Shown piece after piece: positions 34,101-44,900 of a DNA stretch of 64,000 bases. Every line of letters starts with the position of its first letter. Within the stretch, counting starts at the first letter, position 1. The notes beneath the pieces were generated by a model that searched no databases, was not told the origin of the DNA, and saw only the letters and a list, made by a program, of their open reading frames with translations. The stretch is from Laetmonice hystrix (Eukaryota), in contig OZ249452.1 of the NCBI GenBank assembly GCA_965235115.1, positions 13,516,001-13,580,000 on the forward strand, written 5' to 3'. Both the position numbers and the translations under genes were made by a program.

Positions 34101-36849
34101 ATCTGAAAAACCAACTGTAACTGTATCAGAACAAAACAGACAACCTAATTGGTTCACAGAATTGAGGTCAGAGCAACCGCTGGTCACATCTTCAGAGAAA
34201 GAGACATGTCCTAACAGGTATACAGAGATGGGGCCAAAACTGATACAGGTGAAAGCTGCAGAAATCTCATACACAAATGTGGTGAAGCCAGGTGAAGAGG
34301 CTTCTAAGGAGAATCAACATCCAACTTGGTTTGCAGGAAAGCAAGGTTCAAATGATGGTGAAAGGTCAGAAACAAGGGCTATGGAAACGTGCAGTATGAA
34401 GGCGGAAAAAGATCCAGGTGCAAAGTTCTCTGAGAAAGACTGCCGTTCTGTCCAGTGTTCAGGTTTGGTAACAGATCAGCCAGATGTAACAGTCTCTGAG
34501 AGAAATACACGTCCTGGTTGGTTTACAGATTTCGTACCCGACAAGCCAAATGTGGAGGAAAAATTGGATGTAAGTGTTGCAGCAAAGACAGCTGTGGTAA
34601 AGAACTCAGATGTGAACGTTTCTGCAAATGATCTGGTGCCAGAAAATAGTGGTGCGGCACCACGTCCTACCTGGTTTACATTGTTTGCATCTAAGAAGCC
34701 AAATGTTGAAGAAAGGTTGGATGAGAGTGTTGCGACAAAGACAAATGTGACAAAGAACTCAGATGTGAACGTTTCTGCAAATGATCTGGTGCCAGGAAAT
34801 AGTGGTGCGGCACCACGTCCTACCTGGTTTACATTGTTTGCATCTAAGAAGCCAAATGTTGAAGAGAAGTTGGATGTGAGTGTTGCAGCAAAGACAGAGG
34901 TGGTAAAGAACTCAGATGTAAAGGTTTCTGCAAATGATCTGGTGCCACAAAACAGTGATGATGCAGTTACAAAGAAAAAATCACGTCCTAGCTGGTTTAC
35001 AAAATTCTTACCTGAGAAGCAAAATGTTGAAGAGAAGTTGGATTTGAGTGTTACAGCAAAGATAGATGTGAATGTTTCTGCAAATGATCTGGTGCCAGAA
35101 AATAGTGGTGTGGCAGGTACAAAGAAAAAATCACGTCCTAGCTGGTTTACACAATTCTTACCTGAGAAGCAAAATGTTGAAGAACAATTGGATGTGAGTG
35201 TTACAGCGAAGACAGAGGTGGTAAAGAACTCAGATGTAAAGGTTTCTGCAAATGATCTGGTGCCAGAAAATAGTGGTGTGGTGGTTACAAAGAAATTCAG
35301 GCCCCGTCCTAGCTGGTTTGTAGCGTTAACACCTGAGAAGCCAAATGTGGAAAAAAGGTTGGATGAGAGTGTTGCGACAAAGACAGAGGTGGTTAAGAAC
35401 TCAGATGGGAAGGTTTCTGCCAATGATCTGGTGCCACAAAACAGTGATGTGGTGGTTACAAAGAAAAAATCACGTCCTAGCTGGTTTAAAGCGTTTGTAC
35501 CCGAGAAGCAAAATGTTGAAGAAAGGTTGGATGAGAGTGTTGCGACAAAGACAGATGTAACGAACAACTCAGATGTAAAGGTTTCTGCAAATGATCTGGT
35601 GCCACAAAACAGTGATGTGGTGGTTACAAAGAAAAAATCACGTCCTAGCTGGTTTAAAGCATTTGCACCCGAGAAGCAAAATGATGAAGAACGGTTGGAT
35701 GAGAGTGTTGCGACAAAGACAGATGTAACGAAGAACCCAGATGTAAAGGTTTCTGCAAATGATCTGGTGCCACAAAACAGTGATGTGGTGGTTACAAAGA
35801 AAAAATCACGCCCTAGCTGGTTTAAAGCATTTGCACCCGAGAAGCAAAATGTCGAAGAACATTCGGATGAAAGTGTTGCGACAAAGACAGATGTAACAAA
35901 GAACTCAGATGTAAAGGTTTCTGCAAATGATCTGGTGCTACAAAACAGTGATGTGGTGGTTACAAAGAAAAAATCACGTCCTAGCTGGTTTAAAGCATTT
36001 GCACCCGAGAAGCAAAATGTTGAAGAACGGTTGGATGAGAGTGTTGCGACAAAGACAGGTGTAACGAAGAACTCAGATGTAAAGGTTTCTACAAATGATC
36101 TGGTGCCACAAAACAGTGATGTGACGGTTACAAAGAAAAAATCACGTCCTAGCTGGTTTAAAGCATTTGCACCCGAGAAGCAAAATGTTGAAGAACGGTT
36201 GGATGAGAGTGTTGCGACAAAGACAGGTGTAACGAAGAACTCAGATGTAAAGGTTTCTACAAATGATCTGGTGCCACAAAACAGTGATGTGACGGTTACA
36301 AAGAAAAAATCACGTCCTAGCTGGTTTAAAGCATTTGCACCCGAGAAGCAAAATGTTGAAGAATGGTTGGATGAGAGTGTTGCGACAAAGACTGATGTAA
36401 CAAAGAACTCAGATGTAAAGGTTTCTGCAAATGATCTGGTGCTACAAAACAGTGAGGTGGTGGTTACAAAGAAAAAATCACGTCCTAGCTGGTTTAAAGA
36501 ATTTGCACCTGAGAAGCCAACTGTTGAAGAAAAATTGGATGCGAGTGTTGAAACTAAGACAGAGGTGATAGAATGTTCAGATGTTACAATTTGTGTGAAC
36601 GATCTGGTGCTAGAAAATGTTGATGCGGTGGTTACAAAGAAAAGCGCACATCCTAGCTGGTTCACAGCTTTTGCACCTGAGAAGCCAAATGTTGAAGAAA
36701 GGTTAGATGTCAGTGTTGCGACAAAGAACTCAGATGTGAATGTCTCTGCAAATGATCTGGTGCCACATAACAGTGGTGTGGCGGTTACAAAGAAAAAATC
36801 ACGTCCTAGCTGGTTTAAAGCGTTTGCACATGAGAAGCAAAATGTTTAA
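25120..36849 (+). CDS. Uncharacterised ~2,630-aa Lys/Glu/Arg-rich tandem-repeat protein (5 coding exons)
   Basis: Exons 25120-25432 (ATG; acceptor at 25075), 27895-28100, 28312-28386, 28988-29071 and 29623-36849. All are GT-AG and phase-consistent (1,0,0,0). The last exon contains the 2401-aa ORF. AATAAA at 37166-37171. No recognisable catalytic domain. Confidence 0.8.
28200..29575 (+). repeat. ~680-bp tandem duplication containing paralogous exons 3 and 4
   Basis: Blocks ~28200-28880 and ~28880-29575 align in intron and exon sequence (DEVDIKPE...RQTTY...SKE in both). Confidence 0.85.
29623..36849 (+). CDS. 7.2-kb terminal coding exon of the repeat-protein gene
   Basis: Uninterrupted frame from acceptor TTAAAG|GATGAC to TAA. 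Repeat unit lengths of 96, 87 and 168 bp all preserve frame. Confidence 0.92.
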   Translation, partial: DDSEAEQMPQTIPRKIPCKEKATDVGKQHEYKVAISASSPTHKTEVAHPRAKRADKSPNDRRKKQSCQSTQSVLMKERSTPKDGEQKPRALPPDMQKKMKELRYDLEIESDLCIARVNAISQLAMERAEKRLNGCELPEFRYPFFKGYPFHQKAKSERMVRLSIESDLKEQVIADQIRNHQDMPYSCRHERENERKCDLFDDERICPGCRQRRENISNCRVPKKSQRKVAKKSCIELNNSCDTNMDASGTSTVEMSNEDQVKIMLTEKSNNVKKESITHYAEVCEVTMNNESVLKMNDVLEMRIEETTVMGPNLEVAVKAECQMINQSEIIEVKEKVEDDLPEKESESIPECSDIKVAEECDLKVNDKPEPDAKVPKENKVPEWFLEFAPEKSKAMPEDDDKSVQGKSEKDVISKSDETVLQDATASEKDMCPKWFVDFIPIKPAVAASEKVEQKSVSGLDISLIEYLDPSTKKRNRVSRDTLERSEVSLVEEKEITCPHRGSCMFDLFADVQKKVEQRASRRAGMSIKDYLDEQMPEKTEEKVSEKVERRPPRRAGMSIKDYLDEQMPEKTEEKVSEKVERRPPRRAGMSIKDYLDEQMPEKTEEKVSEKVERRPPRRAGMSIKDYLDEQMPEKTEEKVSEKVERRPPRRAGMSIKDYIDEQMPEKTEEKVSEKVERRPPRRAGMSIKDYLDEQMPEKTEEKVSEKVERRAPRRAGMSIKDYLDEQMPEKTEEKVSEKVERRPPRRAGMSIKDYLDEQMPEKTEEKVSEKVERRAPRRAGMSIKDYLDEQTPEKTEEKVSEKVERRAPRRAGMSIKDYLDEQTPEKTEEKVSEKVERRAPRRAGMSIKDYLDEQTPEKTEEKVSEKVERRAPRRAGMSIKDYLDEQMPEETEEKVSEKVERRAPRRAGMSIKDYLDEQMPEETEEKVSEKVERRAPRRAGMSIKDYLDEQMPEETEEKVSEKVERRPPRRAGMSIKDYIDEPVLEKPVSGKVECRAPRRTGLRAINCIDEPVQETPVLEKVEGRAPRRTGLRAQDNIDEPAPEKPVPGKVEGRAPRRTGLRAKDFIYEPVLEKPVSEKVEGRAPRRTGLRAQDNIDEPAPEKPASGKVEGRAPRRTGLRAKDYIEKPVLEKPVSEKVEGRAPRRTGLRAKDYIEEPVLEKPVSEEVEGRAPRRTGLRAKDYIDEPALETPVSEEVEGRAPRRTGLRAKDYIDEPALETPVSEEVEGRAPRRTGMRAKDYIDEPALENPVSEKVEGRAPRWTGLRAKDYIDEPALETPVSEEVEGRAPRRTGMRAKDYIDEPALENPVSEKVEGRAPRRTGMRAKDYIDEPALENPVSEKVEGRAPRRTGMRAKDYIDEPALETPVSEEVEGRAPRRTGMHAKDQIDEPALENPVSEKVEGRAPRRTGMRAKDYIDEPALENPVSEKVEGRAPRRTGMRAKDNIDEPVLEKASVTLSGNIDHKLPRSENVGTPGFVEEQVVKVLNNPNMNEKISEKPTVTVSEQNRQPNWFTELRSEQPLVTSSEKETCPNRYTEMGPKLIQVKAAEISYTNVVKPGEEASKENQHPTWFAGKQGSNDGERSETRAMETCSMKAEKDPGAKFSEKDCRSVQCSGLVTDQPDVTVSERNTRPGWFTDFVPDKPNVEEKLDVSVAAKTAVVKNSDVNVSANDLVPENSGAAPRPTWFTLFASKKPNVEERLDESVATKTNVTKNSDVNVSANDLVPGNSGAAPRPTWFTLFASKKPNVEEKLDVSVAAKTEVVKNSDVKVSANDLVPQNSDDAVTKKKSRPSWFTKFLPEKQNVEEKLDLSVTAKIDVNVSANDLVPENSGVAGTKKKSRPSWFTQFLPEKQNVEEQLDVSVTAKTEVVKNSDVKVSANDLVPENSGVVVTKKFRPRPSWFVALTPEKPNVEKRLDESVATKTEVVKNSDGKVSANDLVPQNSDVVVTKKKSRPSWFKAFVPEKQNVEERLDESVATKTDVTNNSDVKVSANDLVPQNSDVVVTKKKSRPSWFKAFAPEKQNDEERLDESVATKTDVTKNPDVKVSANDLVPQNSDVVVTKKKSRPSWFKAFAPEKQNVEEHSDESVATKTDVTKNSDVKVSANDLVLQNSDVVVTKKKSRPSWFKAFAPEKQNVEERLDESVATKTGVTKNSDVKVSTNDLVPQNSDVTVTKKKSRPSWFKAFAPEKQNVEERLDESVATKTGVTKNSDVKVSTNDLVPQNSDVTVTKKKSRPSWFKAFAPEKQNVEEWLDESVATKTDVTKNSDVKVSANDLVLQNSEVVVTKKKSRPSWFKEFAPEKPTVEEKLDASVETKTEVIECSDVTICVNDLVLENVDAVVTKKSAHPSWFTAFAPEKPNVEERLDVSVATKNSDVNVSANDLVPHNSGVAVTKKKSRPSWFKAFAHEKQNV
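31186..32560 (+). repeat. Coding 96-bp (32-aa) tandem repeat, RRAGMSIKDYLDEQMPEKTEEKVSEKVERR(P/A)P
   Basis: 15 near-identical RRAGMSIKDY starts at a 96-bp period. Confidence 0.95.
32561..33960 (+). repeat. Coding 87-bp (29-aa) tandem repeat, RRTG(L/M)RAKDYIDEPALE(T/N)PVSE(E/K)VEGRAP
   Basis: 16 R(R/W)TG starts at an 87-bp period. Confidence 0.95.
34510..36846 (+). repeat. Coding ~168-bp (56-aa) tandem repeat, RPSWFKAFAPEKQNVEERLDESVATKTDVTKNSDVKVSANDLVPQNSDVVVTKKKS
   Basis: 15 P-x-W-F motifs; the core copies are spaced exactly 168 bp apart. Confidence 0.95.
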
Positions 36850-37579
36850 CTGCCCAGATGTTGCTGGGGGCTATCCAAGGATAGCAAGATGTCGAACTGA
36901 TGACAGTTCGTATTATTGTATTGCATTATATAATCTATTGTTATATTATATATGTATATTATATTGTGTTATATATTGTTATGTTATATGTACATTATAT
37001 CGTGTTATAGTTCATTCAATATCATGCAAACTTCCATGGATAACTTTCATTAACAAAATACCGAATCGAGTATCCGTAATTCGGGGTACCGTACGATCAT
37101 GAGCAATTGTATCAGACGCCGCAAAGGAATGAGCAATTGTATCAGACGCCGCAAAGGAATCATGAAATAAACCAATGATATCAAAATTACACAATACTGT
37201 ATTGGCGTTTATTTATTTTATATAATTCCTCCACCCCCACCCCCACCCCCGAATCAATCCAGTACCCTTATGGCCTCATAGAGAACGTTTCAAGCACCGT
37301 AACAGCATCTTCATATCCTATAACAACAACAGCAACATACTGCAGATTTTTTTGGAGTTTTAATCATTTTCCTGGCCTCGGAACCTGAAATAGAAGTCAG
37401 GTGACCTCCACTATATAATAGACTACCTATGCCATAAAATCGGCAGAAATTCCCTAGAAATGACTTTAAAAGGCAAGCCTGTCTTTTTCCCACGCCCTCC
37501 TCCAATCAGTTTGCGTGAGAACGATACTCTAATCCACTTTAGGCCCCACAAAGTATACATCCCATAATTCTCAATCACT

Positions 37580-37850
37580 TCAGTGACGTCACAAAATGAC
37601 TTATTCTGACGACATAATGCTAATGTAGATGATTATGACATCACCCTGCGCAACTAGGCTACTGCGAAACTGATACTATGACGTCACAATACTCGTCACC
37701 GCCTCAGTAACGTTGTTGACAGAATTGGTTGAGGGGAATGATGAAGAGGAGTAAGTAAGCCAAATTTAGTACTCGCACAATCTGGGCCCTCCTGCCCTGG
37801 CCTATCTGCTGCTTACTCCGGCATTGCAATTGCGGAACATCAGGTAAGAA
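37580..37850 (+). promoter_or_regulatory. Putative promoter and 5' UTR exon of the WD40 gene, with a CRE cluster
   Basis: TGACGTCA at 37584-37591 and 37679-37686, TGACATCA at 37636-37643, and donor CAG|GTAAGA at ~37843. Confidence 0.45.
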
Positions 37851-38500
37851 ATGTAGCAACTTGATTTTGGAAAAATCGTGTTGTTATACCGTATCAAAGG
37901 GCCTAGACAGTCGAACTCGAACTGTCGAAGTAAGTTAGAGGAAAGCGAAGAGAGTTTTTGCTTACGAAAATTAAACTTTTTGGAGTAAGTTGAATAGATT
38001 ATAGACTGAGTGTCGTCCTATCACAGAGGCAAAATAAATTAGACTTAGGCAGTTCCTACAGTTACACTTTAATACTAATACTAAGTTACAAACTTTCACT
38101 GGTACACATGACGAGGTCTATAATATAATTTAGCATGCCATGAATCATGATCGACGTCGTACCGTACTGTAACCGTTACCGTTGCGTTGGTAAGTAGGCC
38201 TACCGGGTAACAAAAGTTAAAACCACTTCCACTTGCCTGGGCTTGCGTTGGACATTATCAGTGACGTATCCAGGTTTCTTTTGCCTCCCCCTCCGCAATA
38301 ACATGATGATAACAATGAAAATTTGTCCATTTGCCCCCCCCCCCCAACTAATCTTTTGAACCCTCCTCCCCCAACCCCCCCAACCCCGACTAATCCTGTA
38401 TACGCCACAGATACGCCACCCAAAAAACTCTGCCGCTGGTTACCGGGATATTGGTTTAATTGGGGAAATATCACCAATTATTCCATAAGGTGTTGGAGTG

Positions 38501-38901
38501 ATGGTAGTGGAAGCAGCGAGCATGTCATCTAAGTACGACCGGTTACCGACCTGGAGGATCACACAGGAACACTTACTGGAGACACTCCGGGCGACGGACC
38601 GTGAGAACACGGAGGAGGTCACTCTTCCCCATGGCCTCCAGGTGAGTACAGTGCCATGCTAAACTACATTTTTGAATTTTCTAAAATTATTTTCTAAGTT
38701 ATGGATGCAGGTTTAGGCTATTTTGGAATCTTTCAAAAAATAATTTATACAGGAACGGCCAAAATTCCGTTCCCTAGATTGCTTCTGGTAAAATCTCCGC
38801 CACCTTTGACTTGAAAATGAGAACTGATAATCCTTCAGTACCCCCAACAACCCCCAACAAAACCCTAACCCCCTGGCCCCAGTTAAGACCCCCCCCCCCC
38901 C

Positions 38902-38934
<33 letters not shown>

Positions 38935-41900
38935 AAACATTAATTCCTATATATCCTTAACCATTACCAATTTCATGGAAATATTATCAGCGGGAATAAC
39001 CAGTTGAAGGCATTGAAGGTTTTTATTGATTTTAAATTTTACTCATTCAATTTAAAATTTTTGTTTTATCTATTGAAATCTGATAAGTAAATGTCTCCCA
39101 TCCTAGTGGTTAGGATTCCTGCCTTTCACGCAGGCGGCCCGGGTTCGATTCCCGGTGTGGGAAAATTTTAATTTTGTTATGGCAAAAACCGTAAAGTAGA
39201 TCTATGCTATTTCACAATCTGTGACAAGAAAAAAAGTAAAAACCACACACCAAAATATCACCCCCCTCCCCGGCTCCCAGTCTCATTCCTAGGATCATGT
39301 GTCATAAATTTGTTACTGGTTGACAGCTTACAGCGACTCTCCCCCATCCCAGTCCCCTCCGCTGCGTTCTCTACCTGAAGGGTGCGTCAGGTGATGTCTT
39401 CATCACACAGTGCAGCGTCGGATCCGATAACCAGGTCCAGGTATGGACCATTAAACACGGCAGCCGAGAGGTCCGCTCCGTCAAGTAAGTCCGACTTTTA
39501 TTTAAACTTTAACTAGTTTAATGCTGGTCAAATATCACAAGATAACCAAATTCCAATAAATCGACTACCGTATACTAGTACATAGCGTACAAATTTATCA
39601 ATTCCGCGGATTATGGTCGATGGTCGCTTATGGTCGATCGACAGCGCCCCCTTCGGGAGTATCTATGAAACTAAGCAACGACAGCGCCCCTATGAGGTAT
39701 CCGCGGAACTAACCAACACGAGGTCGCTGATATATTAACTCTTTCACATCAGTACAGTAAAAGGTTTAGTAAAAAAGAAATCAACATTCACGATTCACAA
39801 AATCACGATGCCAATTTACATTGTACATAGGCCTATAAAATTAACTTAGATGGGCCTTTGATGACGATCAAAATCCTAAGACAGAGCGCTATAGGCCCTA
39901 TAAGTATAAGACGGAAGACCGTCTTATTCTCTGCAAAATACGGTACACATACTATATTTTTGCAGGTTCGTGGTTGCTGTTAGTATATCGAAACTCATCT
40001 TCATACCCAAACATCGAGTAAGTTGCCCGCTAAGCCGCATCTTTGGCACACTATACAAGAGTCAATAGTTCAATTAGGCTATAGGCCTCAAGCACCTTTT
40101 AAAATATTCATCATAATGTTAGATTGAATTTTTTTATTTTAATATTTCTGCGACTCGAATTTGTAACTATTTTCAACTGCTGACTATTCTCCTATGAAGG
40201 TGTTCATCGGCTACTGCTCCGATCTAACTTTGCGTGTGTTTGCTGACGTCGTACACAAGTTTGCAGAGATTTCCATAACACCATCGCCAAGCACCATACT
40301 TTGGTAGGGCAACAGTCATTATTTGATCCTTTCTAGGCTAAGTATCTTGTTAAGTAATTTGTTTTATTAATTTTGTGTTGTTGACTTTATTTGTTATATA
40401 TTTATTTTGTGTTGGTGACAGTTTGGCGTACAATAAAGAGAAGGACGAACTGCTGACTGGGGGAGTCGGTCGTCTGCTCTGCTGGTCGCTGTCGGCGGTA
40501 AGTACCAGTTCGGTGGCGCCACCTGGTGAGTACCTTTCGTATTACAGAACGGCTAATGTCGGCAAGCTGGGCAAAATCTGCCGTTATCGATCTTGTTATC
40601 AGGATCACGGGTGGCGGAGCCGGGCATGCAAGAAGAGGGGGTGAATGATCTTTAGCTATTTTTGCCTCATCCACTCTCTCTCAGACTCTGTATGGAGCTA
40701 CAGTACTTGCTAAGCCTTATCACTTGTTCGGAGTTGGTGGCGGAATTCATAGATAGCTTTAAATAGCGGGGGAATTTTCTCCACCCACCCACCCACCCCC
40801 ACAGACGTTCTTTTCGCGAGGTTCTTTTTTTAATTGCTTTTTAATTAGACAAACTTTCCTTAGGTGTGTGTGGGGGGGGGGGGTGTCAAAAGCTGCACAA
40901 CTTAACATTTCTTTTTCTTTGTCACACTTTTCGTTCACAGTATCGTGAGCAGTTGATTGAAAAGGAACCTTACAACTTTGAGATCGCCCCTGACGAGGTA
41001 CATAGCTATTTTCTCTTGTCTAATATTCATCCAATTAGAGTAATTATCTGGCATTCATTCGAGTAATTATCTGGCATTGATTAGAGTAATTATCTGGCAT
41101 TGATTAGAGTAATTATCTGGCATTGATTAGAGTAATTATCTGGCATTGATTAGAGTAATTAGAAGCATTCGGTAACATAGTAATTAAAAATTATATTTTT
41201 TTTCAATCAATAAAGTATTAACTGCGGACAATATCAATACATTTTATAACTAAGTAGAGAACTTGAACTTCCTTAATATTCCACACATTCTCCCCTCCTG
41301 ACATTCTGTGAAGATTGTACGACCATTTATGTCTCCAGTGGGTTCAGGAAATCACAGTCAACCTGCAGTGTCACCAACTCCTCATCCAGTGTGACAACAG
41401 CCTCATCGTCATCGATTACTTCGTGAGTAACCACATCGGGTGTATATATCATCTGAGAGTGAAGATGTTAACTTGGCGGAACTAAGGCAGGCTTATACGG
41501 CTACCTCAGCTATCGTTGGTATTATGTATGTACACCACAACACTGCTAATGGCCCAAAACAGAAAGCCAAAACAGGAAAAAACATTTGTAAAAAATCGCG
41601 AAAGCACAGGGAAAACGCATGGGGAAAATTGGCAGCCAGGAAAAACATTAAACAGATGCTCTGGGACCTGTATTTTCTTAGGCAGACACAGACGGTTCAT
41701 TTAGCAATATTTCTATATGTGACAACGACAAAGGCAGTGGCAGATTTTCAGGGGAAGGAGTGCGCCCCCCCCCCCTTCTTGAAATCCTCCCTAATCAACC
41801 ATTGCTCAATGACAATAATGCTCTATAGTCTAAAGATATGAGTAAAACAATAGTTAATAGGCCTTAAATCGAAATCCCCTTGCCAGACTCACGGCCTTGG

Positions 41901-44900
41901 GGTACAGTGGTGTGACAGACTGCCCCCTAGGGGGCGTTGTCTACCCCTCCCCACCCTTATACAATTAAATGTTCTATGGCTATGGGCATGGGGCTACAAG
42001 TTCGTACATCAGTCATGCCACGGCTACCTCTGGCCGTCAATTATAAAAATAACAAAGTACAAATGTAATGATCAAATAAACCTCCTGATGTTCTGTCACC
42101 AATTACATTTCAGAGCGGAAATCAAACCCACTACCTTGAAAACCGACATAGCTTGTCGTTATCGAGGTAAGGAACCTACCTTACGAGTTACGTAACTCAC
42201 ATTTCAGAGCTTAGAGTTAGGCCCCAACCACTCACATTGTAATAGTAGTAGGCTTAATGTTTTAAAAAAATATATCCAACAGTAAATTTCTGTCGGGAAA
42301 ATAAAGATGCATATATATTATTATTATCAGTTGTTATTTTATACTCTATAATCCTCATAGTTTTGGCAGTCAGCTATATAATAAAATAGGCAGAGACAGA
42401 TGAGGGAATGATGTACCTACCATGGAATAACTGACCTCTGTTGTTGAGTGTTGCGCAATCCTTGCAGAACGACTTTGTACCCGGCTCGAGACTACATCAT
42501 TACAGCTGCGAAAGATGGCTCAATCAAAGTGTGGAACACGATAGTTTTCGCTCAGATGTACGAGTTCATCGGTCACTTTGACGTTATTACAGGTGAGCAT
42601 GGTTTCCATGACGCCGATGCCGGCGTAGATTTATAAACGCCATCATCAAAGTTGACGCCTTCGCTGCGTGCACTGCCCCGGTCAACGCTATAAATAGCGA
42701 GAGCGCCCTCTGCCGATATTCTCCAGCACTAGGCCCGATCTTCTTCCAGACGATGAAGATTACATTGTATTCGAATAAACGCGTATATTCAAGAAGCTTT
42801 TATACTCCTTCCAATAAATACACGATTAGAAGGGCAAATGCGGTGCATATTTTTCAAACGTTATATAGCCATTATGATAAGAGCCGTGCCTAGCTTTTTT
42901 CTACGTACGAACAAGTCAAAATTGAAACTGGGTCAAGCCAGGAAGGCCTGCGTCTTGAGTTGAGGCGCTCCCCCGTTCTCCGAGACTGGAGAAGGTGATT
43001 CAGAAACATATCCTTACTGTAAATAGATTATTTGGCGTGTATGTTTTTGTAAAGGAGGCATTATGTACTCTCGGACGTTCTTGCGTACGGCTAGTCACGG
43101 CCCTAGTCACTTTATGCTTATCTCTCTTCACACAGGACTCGTCATGCATACGTCAGAACCCTTGTTGATATCTTCCTCACTAGATGGCACTGTACGCATC
43201 TGGCGTCTTGACACATTTGAACTGGTAAGATTCGCGAAAAGTGATACTATATTACTACTATTTTCTTTTTGAAGATACGACTTGCTCGGGTAGATTCTTC
43301 AGATAATGTGGTATATTTATTCGATTCTGTAGGAAGAGAGATTGGATACGGGCGAGCCTATCCTTGGTTTAAAACTCATAAACTCCCAGGAACTGGCATA
43401 CTGGACGGAGACAGAGATAAAGATATGGCGCCTGAATATGGTAAGCTTACTCCGGTGTATTATTTACGATAATACTAAATCTATCCTTGTATATTGTTTA
43501 AATGCCTAAGTGTGAATAAAGGCATGATGTATGTGTACAATTGGGAAGGGCAGGCGGGCTGGTTCTGTAGTCCCTTTTGGTATTGTACCGGCAATAAAAG
43601 TAAGGATCCAGGGCCGGGGCTACATCCCCCCATAAGATCCTGATGAAGTTGCTGGAAGAAAATCCCGTTTTCGACGTTAGCTCCCTCTTACTTAGCCCCA
43701 ACCATAAAAACATTGATAAGGGATTTCCCCCCCCCCCCCTTTACCAAATTTGGACTGGTTCCCCCTAATGATTTTTTAACTACGCCATTGCATGTTTCAA
43801 CTCCTCATCTGCTACTGGTTCTTCACTTTCATAATTTTAATTCCATGAACCAAAGATGTTAATTGTTTTTTTTCACTGTCAAGGTCTGCCTAATAACAAT
43901 ATTTTTCTACTGCAAATTTGCTAGTATTTCAACAGTTTTTTGGTTGTATTTTCAATTCAGGGGTAATATTTTCCCTTTTTATTTTCCTCTTTTCCCCAGT
44001 ACCACTCCATGTTCTCAAATATACAGTCAGGGGTGGAGAGACTGCACCGAGTAAGCGTTGGATCATTCCCCTCCAGGATCCTTTGTAGCAGCCAGGTACA
44101 GGATAATCTTGTGCTAATCCCACTTACTGGTAGTGATCATCTTTCACTGTAACTATTCAACATGTACCTCCTTCCTCTGTCAGTATATACATTAAGATAT
44201 GCCCACATGGCCTGTGTAGCTTCTTGTAGCTTGTCTCATATTTGCTGCAGGTGGTTTAGTGCTTTGATCTCTCAAGGCTAAGGTACCTTTTGCAGAATTT
44301 TCTTTTGGATAACTTTTTAATATTCGTGTAGCTTATACTTTGTATAACGTGTGATCTGAAGATATTGAATCTTCATTAGGGAGTTTGGGGGGGAGGGGGG
44401 GGGGGCACAGAGCACAGAGGACCAGGAAGGTAGAAAGCTTGGACCATAACTGTTTTTTTTTATGAAATAGCCCTTCCCTTTTCCCACAAACGTTTGCAGA
44501 TATCAATATGATCCATTGCAGGATGGTAGCGTGCGCCTTCTTTCCCCAGTCACGGGCTCCACAGTATCCATCATATACCCCATAGCATCGCACAAGGTAT
44601 ACTATTGAGACCTCCTTGAAATTCCCCTAATTTGAAAATAAAATCTATTCAAAGCCTTGAATTTGTTGTGACCAAACCCCCAGAGACCCTGAACTTCCTA
44701 CATCTTTAAAACATACTCATAATTACCGGTGAGTATCAATTACTGGCCAAGGAGAAGGTTTATTTATTATTTTAAAAGATTTAGATTTTTAATTTAGGGG
44801 CACTGTTAATGAAGTTTCTAATATTTAGGTTGTGGCAGATATTGTATACGATATACTGGCTGAACATATCTACATACGACTTGCTGGCGAGGATGAAGGT

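Noticed and set aside
30938-36665. Long minus-strand ORFs (624, 237 and 729 aa)
   Set aside because: Antisense shadows of the plus-strand coding repeats, open only because the repeat unit lacks a stop in that frame.
40498-40644. Extension of WD40 exon 5 along ORF 40375-40644
   Set aside because: The consensus donor GCG|GTAAGT at 40497 joins in phase to the next exon and gives a sensible WD40 blade.
42600-42830. Solo LTR (TATAAATA followed by AATAAA)
   Set aside because: I could not identify TG...CA ends with a target-site duplication.
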